From positions 118,665,077 to 118,729,076 of the forward strand of contig NC_068983.1 in assembly GCF_001194135.2 (NCBI RefSeq): a DNA stretch of 64,000 nucleotides, in the 5' to 3' direction. A model generated the notes under the pieces. It was not told the DNA's origin. It saw nothing but the letters and a program-made list of their open reading frames with translations, and did no database searches. Position 1 is the stretch's first letter; the number at the start of each line of letters is the position of its first letter. Below, one piece after another: positions 1-11,842 of this stretch. This stretch comes from Octopus bimaculoides. Taxonomy: Eukaryota. Position numbers and translations under genes: made by a program.

Positions 1-3000
1 ATTATCAGTTTATCAATGCTCAGGAAGACAAAAAGCAAAGTTGCCTTTGGCAAGATTTGAACTCAGATCACAAAGATATCTAACCAAATACTACAAGGCA
101 TTTTGTTGGATACTCTAAAAATTCTGCTAATCCACCGCCATGATAATAATGATGATTTCTTACATGAGCACAAGGCTAAATTTGTGAGAAGAAAACAATT
201 GATTATATTGATCAACACTAGTACTTGATGGTACTTATTTCCTCACCCATCCAGAGGGTACCAAGCACAAAGTCAAACTCAGCAAGATTTGAACTAAGAA
301 GGAATAGGTAGTATCAGCATACCACAAGGAATTTTGATGGACTGTGTACCAGTTGTGTCTGCAAAGGCTGTGAACACTACTTGTTTCCCTAACTAATCCA
401 CAAAAAATATCTTAAAGGATATCATTACAGCTTTGCAGAATCCACACTAAGAATACCCTGGTGCTACTTTTGGAATCTGTGATGGTCTTTAACTCTTAAC
501 ACATTTGTCTCTTCTTCTTTCACATCCATTTTATGTCCAATCTTGTACGCTCTGCTCTAAACTCTTATGTGAACTCTTTCATCAGGTACATTGGTAATCC
601 AGAATTCCTTCCTAGCACATCTTTTCAACAATTATCAACAACAGTTTAAGCAGAATGATAATCTCACTGGTCTTGAAAGGCCTGTAAAGGACATAGACAC
701 AACTTTCACACCATTATGGTAAAAAAAAAAAAAAAAGAAATTAAAGATTAAAACTAACATCAACAAATTCCATTGTGTTCCTTACTAAAAACAAATACCA
801 TTATGGTGGTATTATTAAACTTAGTAACTACTGAAGGAGAGTTTATTCAGAAGAGACATGTGCAAGCCTATAGTAGTAAACAGCTCACATTTGATTTGGG
901 AAAAACTGAAAGTTGATACAGATGCAACCAAGAATCAAAACTGTTTCAAAAGAAGGAGTTGCTTTAGTTTTATTAGGCAGTATAATTTATGGTTTGCAAC
1001 TTATCTGGAAATAAACTTTCCTATAGTAACAAACATCTGTATTCACTGAATATATTTATTGTTATTTGTGTCTGTGTGTAACCATACATCTGCATTTTCT
1101 AAAAATACATTTTATTACATTTGTTTATTTTGCTTTTACAGTGACGTTTCAAATTTTATTTTAAAATTCTCACATAAGTTTAACTATTGAACAATAAGCA
1201 GCACTCATAAACTCTTTCCATAAACTTCGACCTCGGCAGAATTTGAACTTAGAACGTAAAAACAGACAAAATACTGCTAAGCATTTCGCCCAGCATGCTA
1301 TCGATTCTGCCAGCTTGCTGCCTATAGGAAAGTGGATATTAAAACAACAATGATGATGAGATGATTCAAATTATCTACCCTAACAGAAGCATAAAGAAGT
1401 TTTGTTTGATGATATAAAAAAAAAGTTACACATTGGTATGTATTTTTTATGTTGTACAATAATGCAGAAGTACAGTCACTTAAATCTGGTGTATGGTTGA
1501 TATGTCAGTTCACACTTAATAGGATATGCCATTGATATATGAATGAGCAACTAAATCTCTCATAAATAAGAAAAAGAAAAGCTGTTAGATTACTCGTTTC
1601 ATGCCGGTGATGTTAAATGTCCTGAAATGTTAACTAGGAAAGTATTACATTTCTAAGAAGCAAAATAAATATTATTGGAATAATATCAGTTATATAAAAG
1701 ACTTTTCTCATGAAAGTATAAAGATCACCAATAACTCTGAATCTATTTTAACCCTTCGCCTGTCCTATGTAAAAGGGTAAATACCTCTTTTGGTCATGAA
1801 TGATCAAGGGATTGCACTAAGAAAGTTCCTCTCTGAGGCACAAGTCCGGGCAAGGTTGTTTATGGAAGACCAGCAGTCACCCATGCATACCAGCCTCCTC
1901 TCTCCGTGCCACCGATGTTATCCAAAGGTAAGGCAAAGGCCAATACAGCTTGGTACCAATGACATCACAACTCATTTCTACAGCTGAGTAAACTGGAGCA
2001 ACATGAAAGAACACAACGCACTGCCCGGTCCACGAATCAAATTCATAACTCTGTGACTGTGAGCCTAATGCTCTAACCACTGAGCCATCACATGTGATAC
2101 ACAAAATATATTTCCCAGGTGTCCATGAGTCATATACAAAATGGATTCTCAGTTTTTTCAACCATCAGAGTAACTTGGGAATTATGGAAGGAAAGCTTTA
2201 TATTACTCAGAACATGAAACAAGGGCTAAATGTCTGAAAACAAGCGTAGATGTTTAGGACAAACTTATGAAAAAGTTTTGGGCAGGCAAAGGGTCAACAC
2301 CACTGTCTGGTCCTTAGGTGATTTTAGTGGAAACCATTTTGTGATGGGCCAGACCTCTATTCTGAGGATAACTTCTTCCCTTCACCAGTCTAAAAAGCCC
2401 TTGAAAGAGTCATAAGTACCACCCTTCCTAGTTGAAATTTAAACAAAAAAATATTTTTTACATGAAGACAAAGAGTTTACATCAGATTATTACATAGTGT
2501 TAACTAAAATCAGTATATTCAGTATAGTAGTAATAATATATATGTATTTCTTAATGAAAACCTGACTGTTGATGTTGCTACATTATTTAAATGCAAATAA
2601 GTGGTATAACTGGTTAGAGATATATGTAATAGTTTCCAGGATTGATCAATGAAAGAGGGGGAGGGCTTCTTTTCTCTTTATGTTCTTTCCCTCTCTCCTT
2701 TGTATAAACAAAACTGGGCAAGCAGCATATATATATCAAGTAAATAAATAAATAAAAAAAATAAATATATATATATATATATATAAAAGAAATATCTTGT
2801 TTAAATGGGTATGTTGACATTTACTAGTAACCTTTCTAACTTCAAACTACTTGAGACCGCCCATACTAAAGACTTCTTATTTGTATTAAGAAGTACATCA
2901 CACACCAAAGCAACCATTGCTAAAAACATTGAGAACATCGCAAACCAATGCAAAAGTTTCTCTTTTTGTTCAACTTGCTAGAAATAGCAGTTCAATCAAC

Positions 3001-3059
3001 TTCAATCTTAACATCTTGGGAAAGGACAGGACACATTGGATATAGATAGAATATCTCAA

Positions 3060-3600
3060 AAGTTTTCATTCTCAGTTATCTGGACTACTACTCCCAACTG
3101 TGGTCACCATAGAGCAACAGACTGATGGCAGAACTTGAGGCAGTCTGGTACTACTACACAAAGAAAACTGACTCAGTGCAACAGACAAGCTACTGTGAGA
3201 GGATAAAGACACTGAAGCTCTACTCCCTAGAGAGAAGGCGTGAAAGATATGCAGTAATGGATATGGAAGATCCTGAAAGATCTAGCTCCCAACTTTAAAA
3301 CTGAAAGTTGTACCAGTCACTGAAAGAGAAAACACTGCTGAGTACCAAAGATCTCATCTTGTTTATCTAGAATGTGGGCCAAATTCTGCTAAACAAACTC
3401 AGAGATTTGCAAGCTGTAGATGTTAGAGGTATTCAAAGAACGTCTGGACAAATTCTTATCTAAGATACCAAATGAACCCACATTATGGCTGGAGGCACAA
3501 GGAAGAGCAGCTCCATCTAGTTACTTGACCAGAAACGATACAGAAAAGAAACCCAGTTACACTGAAAGGCAGTTCCCTGCCATAGCTTCAGCCTCTAGCT
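3060..3600 (+). mobile_element. CR1/L2-like LINE ORF2 C-terminal remnant
   Basis: Translates across frameshifts to LDYYSQLWSP..ELEAV..SYCERIKTLKLYSLERRRERY..VFKERLDKFLSKIPNEPT..RAA, the typical post-RT C-terminus of CR1-group LINEs. Abuts (TA)n and a gap. Confidence 0.85.
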
Positions 3601-4127
3601 AACACTAGTAAAAGATATATATATATATATATATATATATANNNNNNNNNNNNNNNNNNNNNNNNNNNNNNNNNNNNNNNNNNNNNNNNNNNNNNNNNNN
3701 NNNNNNNNNNNNNNNNNNNNNNNNNNNNNNNNNNNNNNNNNNNNNNNNNNNNNNNNNNNNNNNNNNNNNNNNNNNNNNNNNNNNNNNNNNNNNNNNNNNN
3801 NNNNNNNNNNNNNNNNNNNNNNNNNNNNNNNNNNNNNNNNNNNNNNNNNNNNNNNNNNNNNNNNNNNNNNNNNNNNNNNNNNNNNNNNNNNNNNNNNNNN
3901 NNNNNNNNNNNNNNNNNNNNNNNNNNNNNNNNNNNNNNNNNNNNNNNNNNNNNNNNNNNNNNNNNNNNNNNNNNNNNNNNNNNNNNNNNNNNNNNNNNNN
4001 NNNNNNNNNNNNNNNNNNNNNNNNNNNNNNNNNNNNNNNNNNNNNNNNNNNNNNNNNNNNNNNNNNNNNNNNNNNNNNNNNNNNNNNNNNNNATATATAT
4101 ATAAAACTATGTTAATCTATCTATCTA

Positions 4128-4161
<34 letters not shown>

Positions 4162-7084
4162 ATATTATCAAGCGCAATGAGAAATATTAGAAATTTCTAC
4201 TACCAGTGGCCTAGCATGTAAAATTTAGTCAATAGACTGAATAATATATATCTATATATCTATATATATTTATATATAAACTATATGTACATAACTATAT
4301 ACATAGTTACTACTTTTGTTTGGCATTACATACCAACTAACTCCACTGGTGGCTTTTCTAGTTGAGTAGTCCAGTAGGGTCTTATCAATAAAAATTCTTT
4401 TAAAATTTACTTTCCACACAGTAAAAAAAAAACGAAAAAAGAAAACTATAAAATATTTCAGTTAAAATTGTTAATTCATAAAAAAAATGGATTTGTAGAT
4501 AAGAACAGGTTTGCTTCATTTCTATAAATCAGGTGTATGTTACATAAAGGAGTGGTTTCTTGTCTATCATATTTGGAATACTTAATTTGCTGAATGGCCT
4601 TTCTCATGCAAAAGATTGTGTAATTATGTCAAACAATAGAACATAGTTTTCACAGGTGTGTTAATAGTTTTAGGTCACTATATATACATATTATTATGAG
4701 CTGGGCAAAGTATTAATCAAGAATCATGATTTAAACAGAATGAATGACCTACAATTAGTTTAGGATCAGTAAAGAAGTCTTTTTAAGGGGTTAGGAAACA
4801 GAGTAAGTAATTGGAGGTGACTACTATAGCCATACAGGATGTTATAATAGGTCATGCAAAAGTAATACTTAAAACTTTCATTCGAATAAGTTAAGTAGAC
4901 ACAACTCCAGCTTTCATTTCATTGAGATAAATAATCTCAATTGCTTTCACTTTATTTTTTTCTGTAACACACACTACCTTTAACAATTGTTGTTTCACTT
5001 TATAAGTGTCTACAATTGATACATTCCATAGTAAATACATTTGTTTTTAAGATTTAGCAACAAAGAAAGCAACTTCTAAAAATCAAATGGTAAAGTAAGA
5101 GCTGTTATAAGATATATATCAGTTGAAGTGTGAGCAGTAAATTCGGAAAGAGTGAATGAAAGGAGAGGAAGAAGTTATGATCTCCTGGGTGTGTTGCAAT
5201 TTTAACTCACAAGAAAGACTGAGCTCAAGTGTCACAAACCAGGTATTAAATATACTGGCTAATATATGCAGGTAACTGAATAGACACTGATATATCATAA
5301 TGTGAATTAATGATACATGATTTGTAAAAATAATACAGTTACGCTGACAAAAGAAAAACAAGAATATCTTTGGATGAAACTCCATCCTAAGGAAGATGAA
5401 ACTTTTCAATATTGTATTGATGGAGATTTTGTTAAGTGTGTGAAAGTGATGTTAATCTTACTGTTGTTTAACCTCAGATTAAACTTTGGTTGAACAGACA
5501 CAAGATCAACGTTATTTCAGGGATAATCATCCCACATATTTGTATATCGAGGATTACATTAGCCTAAGTGTTGTTCTGTTTTTAAGAGAGAATTTGACTG
5601 ACTGCATAGAAACTGTTGAGGTTGAAGATTCTGATTTGACTTATTCAAAATGCCTCAGTAAGATACATTGTGTGATGATCGTGGCTTGCATGTGATGAAC
5701 ACCCAAAGACTTCAAATCTTTGAGGTCAAATGCAATGATGATAATAACTTGAAGAATTGGACAGGTTATTTGCTGAAAACTATTTTTAGTATGAATGACA
5801 GACATCATTGATCTGATATTACAAATAGATAGCTGGAATGTAGAGGACCTGTAATATCTACAGGGAACAGAGTAAGAAGAATAAGTTATAGGCTGGCTTG
5901 TGTAACATAAGTTTCATTGTCAGATCAAATTGGAAGTGCAATTAGAAATTAGAGGCATCAAGTATTGTAGGTAAGAAAGTAGAAATGTATGGATACATAA
6001 TGAAGATCAAAGGGTGGTTGGTAAGGTAATAGATGATTCAATATTGAGGATTTGATAATAGCGGAACCTACAGAAAAGAGAAAAAAAACCCCCACTCGAT
6101 GAACAATTTAAGAAGGCTGAGTTAAAAGAATGAATATTTCAAAAATAACAAAGGAAATTTGTAGAGGAGGGAAGAAGTTATACTTGTTAATTTACCTATC
6201 TATTTTCTAAGTTAGATCCAACACAATTAATGTCTGATGAGAACATTAGAAGTAATAAAGAACCAGCAATAACAATTTAATGAAGAGATAACAAAAAAAT
6301 GTAAAAAAAGCAAAAAAGAAAAAATAAATAATGGAGTAATAAGGAAGATGAAGATGTAGAAAAAAAGCTGAAAAAGAGAAAAAAAGAAAAAGAAGAATAG
6401 GAGGATGAGCAGAGCAACACTTGTACTAACAAAAACTTTTCCAAAGTTCAGTGAAAATAGTCATATCAGCTGCATAAACAAAAGCTGCACTATTTGTTCT
6501 TGATTGTGCATGCTTGCTGTGGTGATGAATGTCAGACACTGTTAGATGTCAAACAGCTAACACATCTTTCTTTAGGAGTTTAAAACTGCAAACATGCAAA
6601 GCTAATGCATGAACTATAAGCTGAACATCAGAATGTCAGCATTGTTGGTGCAAGAAGCAGAGATATGATGTTTACATATAAGATGAGTTAATATATAAAA
6701 TTCTCTCTTGAAAATGGCAAAAGATTTTAGAAGAATTACGCAATATCTAGCCAAGAATTAGAGAATAAAAAGCAAATGTTAATAGAAAGATGGCAACTTA
6801 TTGTTTTGGTAACTAATTGGCAGGAAGTGGTATATGTATACTCGCTACAAGGAAGATTTGTTTAATATTGCCAGATATTTTAATGACTACCAAAAGGAAC
6901 TATTGTGGTAGGTAGAATATATGAACCAGAAATGGCAAAAGAAAGAAGCCATTTTGTATAGCATGGTGCTAATAATTTGATTACATTTAAAATATGATTC
7001 AAGAGATACAAATTATGATATACATATGTCAAAATGGTCTTATTGTTTATGTTATATCATGTAAAGATTTATGAGTGAGAAGCT

Positions 7085-7380
7085 GATTTTGTAGTTTATG
7101 GCCCTAGGTCAGCTGTGATCAAGGAGGAGACTGGTATAGCACGCAGGTAGTTGGTTAGCACAATTTACAGGTCTGTTGTTTTATGTGAGAAGTTATTGCT
7201 GTTTAGCCCCGGGTCAGCCCTGATCAAGTAGATCTATAATCAAAGTCATTCAAGCTATGAACATCCCATATTTTTGCATATCAGAGATTACATTAGTCAA
7301 AGCATCCCTCTTTTCTAAGGCAATTGCAATGTGAAGGAGATTAGGCTATTACTAGCAGGTCAAACAGCAATAGCGTCCTC
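7085..7380 (+). repeat. Interspersed repeat family D (GGTCAGCCCTGATCAAG..GAGATTTGGCTGCTATTTCTAGCA)
   Basis: Related copies at ~2960-3060, 10560-10700, 20740-20940, 21380-21530, 36560-36900, 38190-38390, 59200-59440, 59990-60140 and 62380-62650. Class not determined. Confidence 0.6.
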
Positions 7381-7419
7381 TTGGGTTGTATTGGCATTGA
7401 CCTGTATAGGTATGAGCAC

Positions 7420-7900
7420 CAAACTACCATTTATTTTTACAGGCTGTTCCAAGTACTTTCAACTTGTTCTGAGGGTGCCATCTTTTGCATTGACAAATTT
7501 GATGCTGTGATTAGCTATTCCATGCTGAAAGGCGTAGCCTGGCATCTGTAGAAATAAGATTGCTACACAAGTAACTATATATAGTGGACTGTGGCATAAT
7601 TAAATCCCACATGCATTCCTCAGTTTTATCACAGTCACAACATAGTACTGCATACAGAAACACCAGCAAAGTTTTGCAACACACACCACTAAAAACCCAC
7701 TGATCTGGTAGGATTGTTCTTCAGGTGTATTTCCATCTGGAGTACATCATATGTCTATCCCAATACTCATTCTAGGACCACCTATCTGCATCAGGTTATG
7801 AAATAGGTCCTCAGTATACAGTTCCCTCATGTAGTTATTATCTTCATTTGGTATTTTCAGCAACAAAACCTATTCCTTGTATATTTCTGCATGGTCCTCA
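7420..7900 (-). mobile_element. Second, more degraded Merlin transposase remnant
   Basis: Across frameshifts: NNYMRELYTEDLFHNLMQIGGPRMSIGID..DQWVFSGVC..IMPQSTIYS..HGIANHSIKFVNAKDG..QVESTWNSL. No clear TIRs. Confidence 0.8.
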
Positions 7901-8430
7901 GTTTTCAAAGTGTCCCCATAGATTTCTCAAATTCTCCAGCTGGTTGTTCAGGATGGTTTTCAATTTCTTGCTTCACCAAGCTGATTTAAATTTGTTTCAT
8001 TTTAATGTTTGTTCATGTTGATTCAACATGTTCTTATGGGAATGTACAGCAATTCTGACTTCTGTTGCGTCATAAATGGTTGTATCTAAATGACTGAAAT
8101 TCAAAAAAAATTGTAAAAACCTTGTACTTTCGTTAAATTAAAAGATATAAAAATAAAAAAGAGGTTATGATTTTCATAATTAGCTTGTAAAACTATGTAA
8201 GTATAGAATTATTTTTTTTTAAATTGGATCTGGTGTGTGAGATCAAAAACATTCAAATCTTATCAGTTAATTCATAATCTCCAAACTTAGTGGATACCTG
8301 TGGTAGATCAGCTGGCTAGCTGAGCAGAAGGTCAATGATGTGAAGGAAGCGGAAGGGTAAATTAAGTACCTAGAATGATGTAGGTGTATATATTACATAT
8401 ATATATACATACACATATATATACATATAC

Positions 8431-8467
<37 letters not shown>

Positions 8468-8526
8468 CAATGTTAATTCTCTAAATGAAGTATTAACAGT
8501 AACTGCACGATAAGATCAGTGGCTAT

Positions 8527-8571
8527 CGAACGCCGACGAAGGGAAATAACCCTGAAACCCGGGTGCGTTCG
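8527..8571 (+). ncRNA. Minimal type-I hammerhead ribozyme-like motif (variant core), probable Penelope-like element end
   Basis: Stem I CGAACG/CGTTCG; core CCGACGA; stem II AGGG-AAATAA-CCCT; GAAA; palindromic stem III ACCCGGGT; N17=G. Confidence 0.6.
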
Positions 8572-8823
8572 TGCTACAGATCATGATGGGAGGGATAACT
8601 TCCCTTGGGAAACAGGACACAGTAGTGTGTCGATAAGCCAGCTGGAGGAGATGTCCTCCTGGGGCTAAAAGCAACAGTAACATCCACCCCTAGGGGTCAG
8701 CCNNNNNNNNNNNNNNNNNNNNNNNNNNNNNNNNNNNNNNNNNNNNNNNNNNNNNNNNNNNNNNNNNNNNNNNNNNNNNNNNNNNNNNNNNNNNNNNNNN
8801 NNNNNNNNNNNNNNNNNNNNNNN

Positions 8824-8859
<36 letters not shown>

Positions 8860-9250
8860 GCGCACACACAAATATATATATAAATATATGTATGTATGTA
8901 TGTGATATTATGAGAGCACACTTGCTATATGGCAAAATTCTGTTTACATATCTCCACTGTGTTGTGCATCTAAGCAAGACACTTAACTGTGTTTACCTTG
9001 TTTGGTTATTAAAAAAAACAGCTTCCAGTTGTATTTCATGGTTCAGTGGTTAGTAGTTAGAGGAATTACCAGTTGTAAAACTATCCCATTCATACAGCTG
9101 AAAGCTGTATTTTCATGACCATTACAACACAATTGTGATGAGAAATATAATGAAATTAGGGATTTGAGAGATACGACCTTGCAGTTTTATTGAGTTTACA
9201 TGAGTTTTAAAGCAGGAAGTGACCTTTGCAGAGGAGAAACAGTAGTCACT

Positions 9251-9521
9251 TTAACCCTTTAGTATTCAGATTCCTCTGTCAAATATAATGCTTATTTATT
9301 CACATTGTTTTGAATTAACCATGCATTATATTGTAACTTTCAGATTTTCATAACATGATTGCTTAATTTTAGAAAGACATTGTAGGGTAGGTGTGAAAGG
9401 CAGGATCTGGCTGGTTTAAACATAAACATGTAGAATATTTAGGCTAAATCTTGCTAGTTTGAATATAAATCATATAGACTATTTAGGCCAGAGCTGGCCG
9501 GTTTGAACTCTAAAGAGTTAA
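9251..9521. mobile_element. piggyBac-like MITE (TTAA-CCCTTTAG..CTAAAG[A/G]G-TTAA)
   Basis: TTAA flanks and short CCCTTTAG TIRs. The same internal sequence occurs at 11463-11842, 30875-31313 and 36026-36247. Confidence 0.75.
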
Positions 9522-10134
9522 AACAACTTTCTACAGATTAGTGAAAAAGCAAAATGCAATTTTCTTTCTATGGTTACTTAAAAGGAAATCTCCACATAAG
9601 TGTTTACAAAAGAATTAAATATTTACAATGGAACACAGTCATTTCAATTTCATATCTTTGAGGTCACATCTAAAGTCGTTTTACAAAATGAACTTTGATT
9701 TTGAAAAATCAAATGTGAGTGGTGGTGACACACTGAATGATGTGCAGGAAAATTCTTAATTAAATGGTCTTGAAACCTACAAAGGAGTTGAAATAATGAC
9801 AGATGGTTTTAGATAGTAAATCACATTATTCTATTTACTTCCGTCACTTACTCTAGCTGAAACAACACCAAAATCACTGTAGAGACAGACACTACAAATT
9901 AAATTACATGTTCCTAACACAGAAGATAAAATATAAATTTTGAAGACTTATTTGACACATACTCCCCACCACTACAAAAAAAAAAACCTAAAAAAAAACT
10001 GGTAACAAACAAAATAAAAATGAATTTTCTTTTTATACTTAAGTTTGAATATTTGGTCTAATAGAATTTATTACTCAGTGTAACACCTGTATAAACTATA
10101 TCAGTTTATCAGTTGATTTGTCTCTCTCAACTCG

Positions 10135-10495
10135 TAGTTGCTTCTCAGCCACATAGTTCTGAGTTCAGTCCCACAGTTGCACCTTGGGCAAGTGTCTTCT
10201 ACTATAGAGCCAGGCTGATCAAAGCCTTGCGAGTGGATTTGATAGATGGGATCTGAAAGAAGTCAGTTGTGTATATATACATTCATGTGTTTGTGTGTGT
10301 GTATATTTTTGTGTTTGTCTACCACCACTACATGACAACTGGAATTGGTTTGTTTATGTCACTTTGACTTGACAGTTTGGCAAAACAGATCGACAGAATA
10401 GGGACTAGACTTAAAAATGAGTACTGCGGTTGATTTATTTGACTAAACCTTTGAAAGTGGTGCCTTAGCATGGCTGCAGTCCAACAAATAAATGA
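10135..10495 (+). mobile_element. SINE family A (diverged)
   Basis: Matches 26658-27080 with CpG decayed to TG/CA. Confidence 0.8.
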
Positions 10496-11462
10496 TAAAA
10501 CGCAATGAATTTAGAAATTTTTCTTCCACTGACTTATCTCACATTTACAGAGTAGAGAATCTCAAGAGAGAGACACTGAATGGATATATAGCTCAAGATT
10601 CAGGAGAGCAAGAAGTCTCTATGAAATAGCTTGACCTGCAAAACATTGCTGCCAGATCATCTTCAAATACTACTACATCATCTTAAAAACAGTTAAATCT
10701 GCAAGATAAACTAATATTTAATATAATATGGCATAAAAAAAAAGAGAGAGAATGGTTTCAACTAGAAGGCTGGTTAACAAATATGTTCTTAACACACAGA
10801 AATATTTATCACAGCATGTGTGAACATCATCTGAGAGTAACAGCAGCTATGAACCAGTATGATGTAGGTTGTAAAACATGTAAAAAGGTAAGTATCTTAT
10901 GAAGTCTACAAAATGGTTACACAAACACAACCAAATAACATTTACTTCTACTCAAAAAAAAAAAAAAAATACCCAACTTTACAGGGGTGGAAAAAATAAC
11001 AGTGTCAGCAATACCAACTATGAAAAAGAAAGAAGTACTGTTGCTATCATTCTTTCTAATATTACGAATCAGCATATAATGCATTTAAAAATGTTGTAAA
11101 CACACACATAAAATCTAACAAATACAGCAACACAACATTAACAACATTAAAATTACCTTTATGGAACTAAAAGATTTTATCATCACATATGCATTAATTT
11201 AGCAAACATTCTTACAGCCAGAAAACAGAACATCTAGCATTCCAAATTATATTTAAAAAAAGACAAGACCAGTTGTTTCACATACATATACTTATTACAA
11301 GTGACTTTTGTAAACTAATCAGAAATGACACCACACAAAAAATACACACTTTCAAAATAAAAATAAGCAACAAGAAGCACGTTAATATGATAAATATCTA
11401 AATCCCACCACTAACCTAACCCACTTCACTACTACTAGATTGCACTGCCCAGCTACAATGTT

Positions 11463-11842
11463 TTAACACTTTATCATTCAGATTACTCTGTCAAATGTAA
11501 TGCTATATTTATTCCAACTGCTCTTCCTCACCTCTCTCTTGTAACGGTCTCCCTACATGCTGCACGCTGTCATGCATGCTTCGGTAGCTCGCAGGCCAAC
11601 ACTGTTGCCGCTCAATCGACTGGTTTGCTGCCGGGAATGATGTCATCACTCGTGTTTCCTGTACTCATGTGTGGGTTTCGTCTTTTTTTAATCATGCACT
11701 AGTTTGTAGCTTCGAGACTTCAACGATGTGATTTTTTATTTTCAGACTGACGTTGGGAGGTGGGCATGAGAGATTGGATCTGGCCGATTTGAACATAAAT
11801 ATTTTGGCTGGATATGGCCAGTTTTAAATGCTAAAAGGTCAA
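11463..11842. mobile_element. piggyBac-like MITE copy with ~180-bp foreign insert
   Basis: Both ends match the 9251-9521 family; a CpG-rich insert lies at ~11518-11695. Confidence 0.65.

Noticed and set aside
440-700. Possible degraded LINE RT on the minus strand
   Set aside because: Only a weak YRP..L-like resemblance; many stops.
5100-7080. A/G-rich region with faint LINE endonuclease/RT-like words (e.g. IDSWNVEDL)
   Set aside because: Too degraded to support a family or boundaries.
9852-9876. DFGVVSAR reading suggesting a kinase DFG motif
   Set aside because: No other kinase subdomain exon was found; eight residues are not diagnostic.
10815-10887. Plus-strand exon candidate MCEHHLRVTAAMNQYDVGCKTCKK with GTAAGT donor
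   Set aside because: Acceptor lacks a pyrimidine tract, and local strand bias favours minus-strand transcription.
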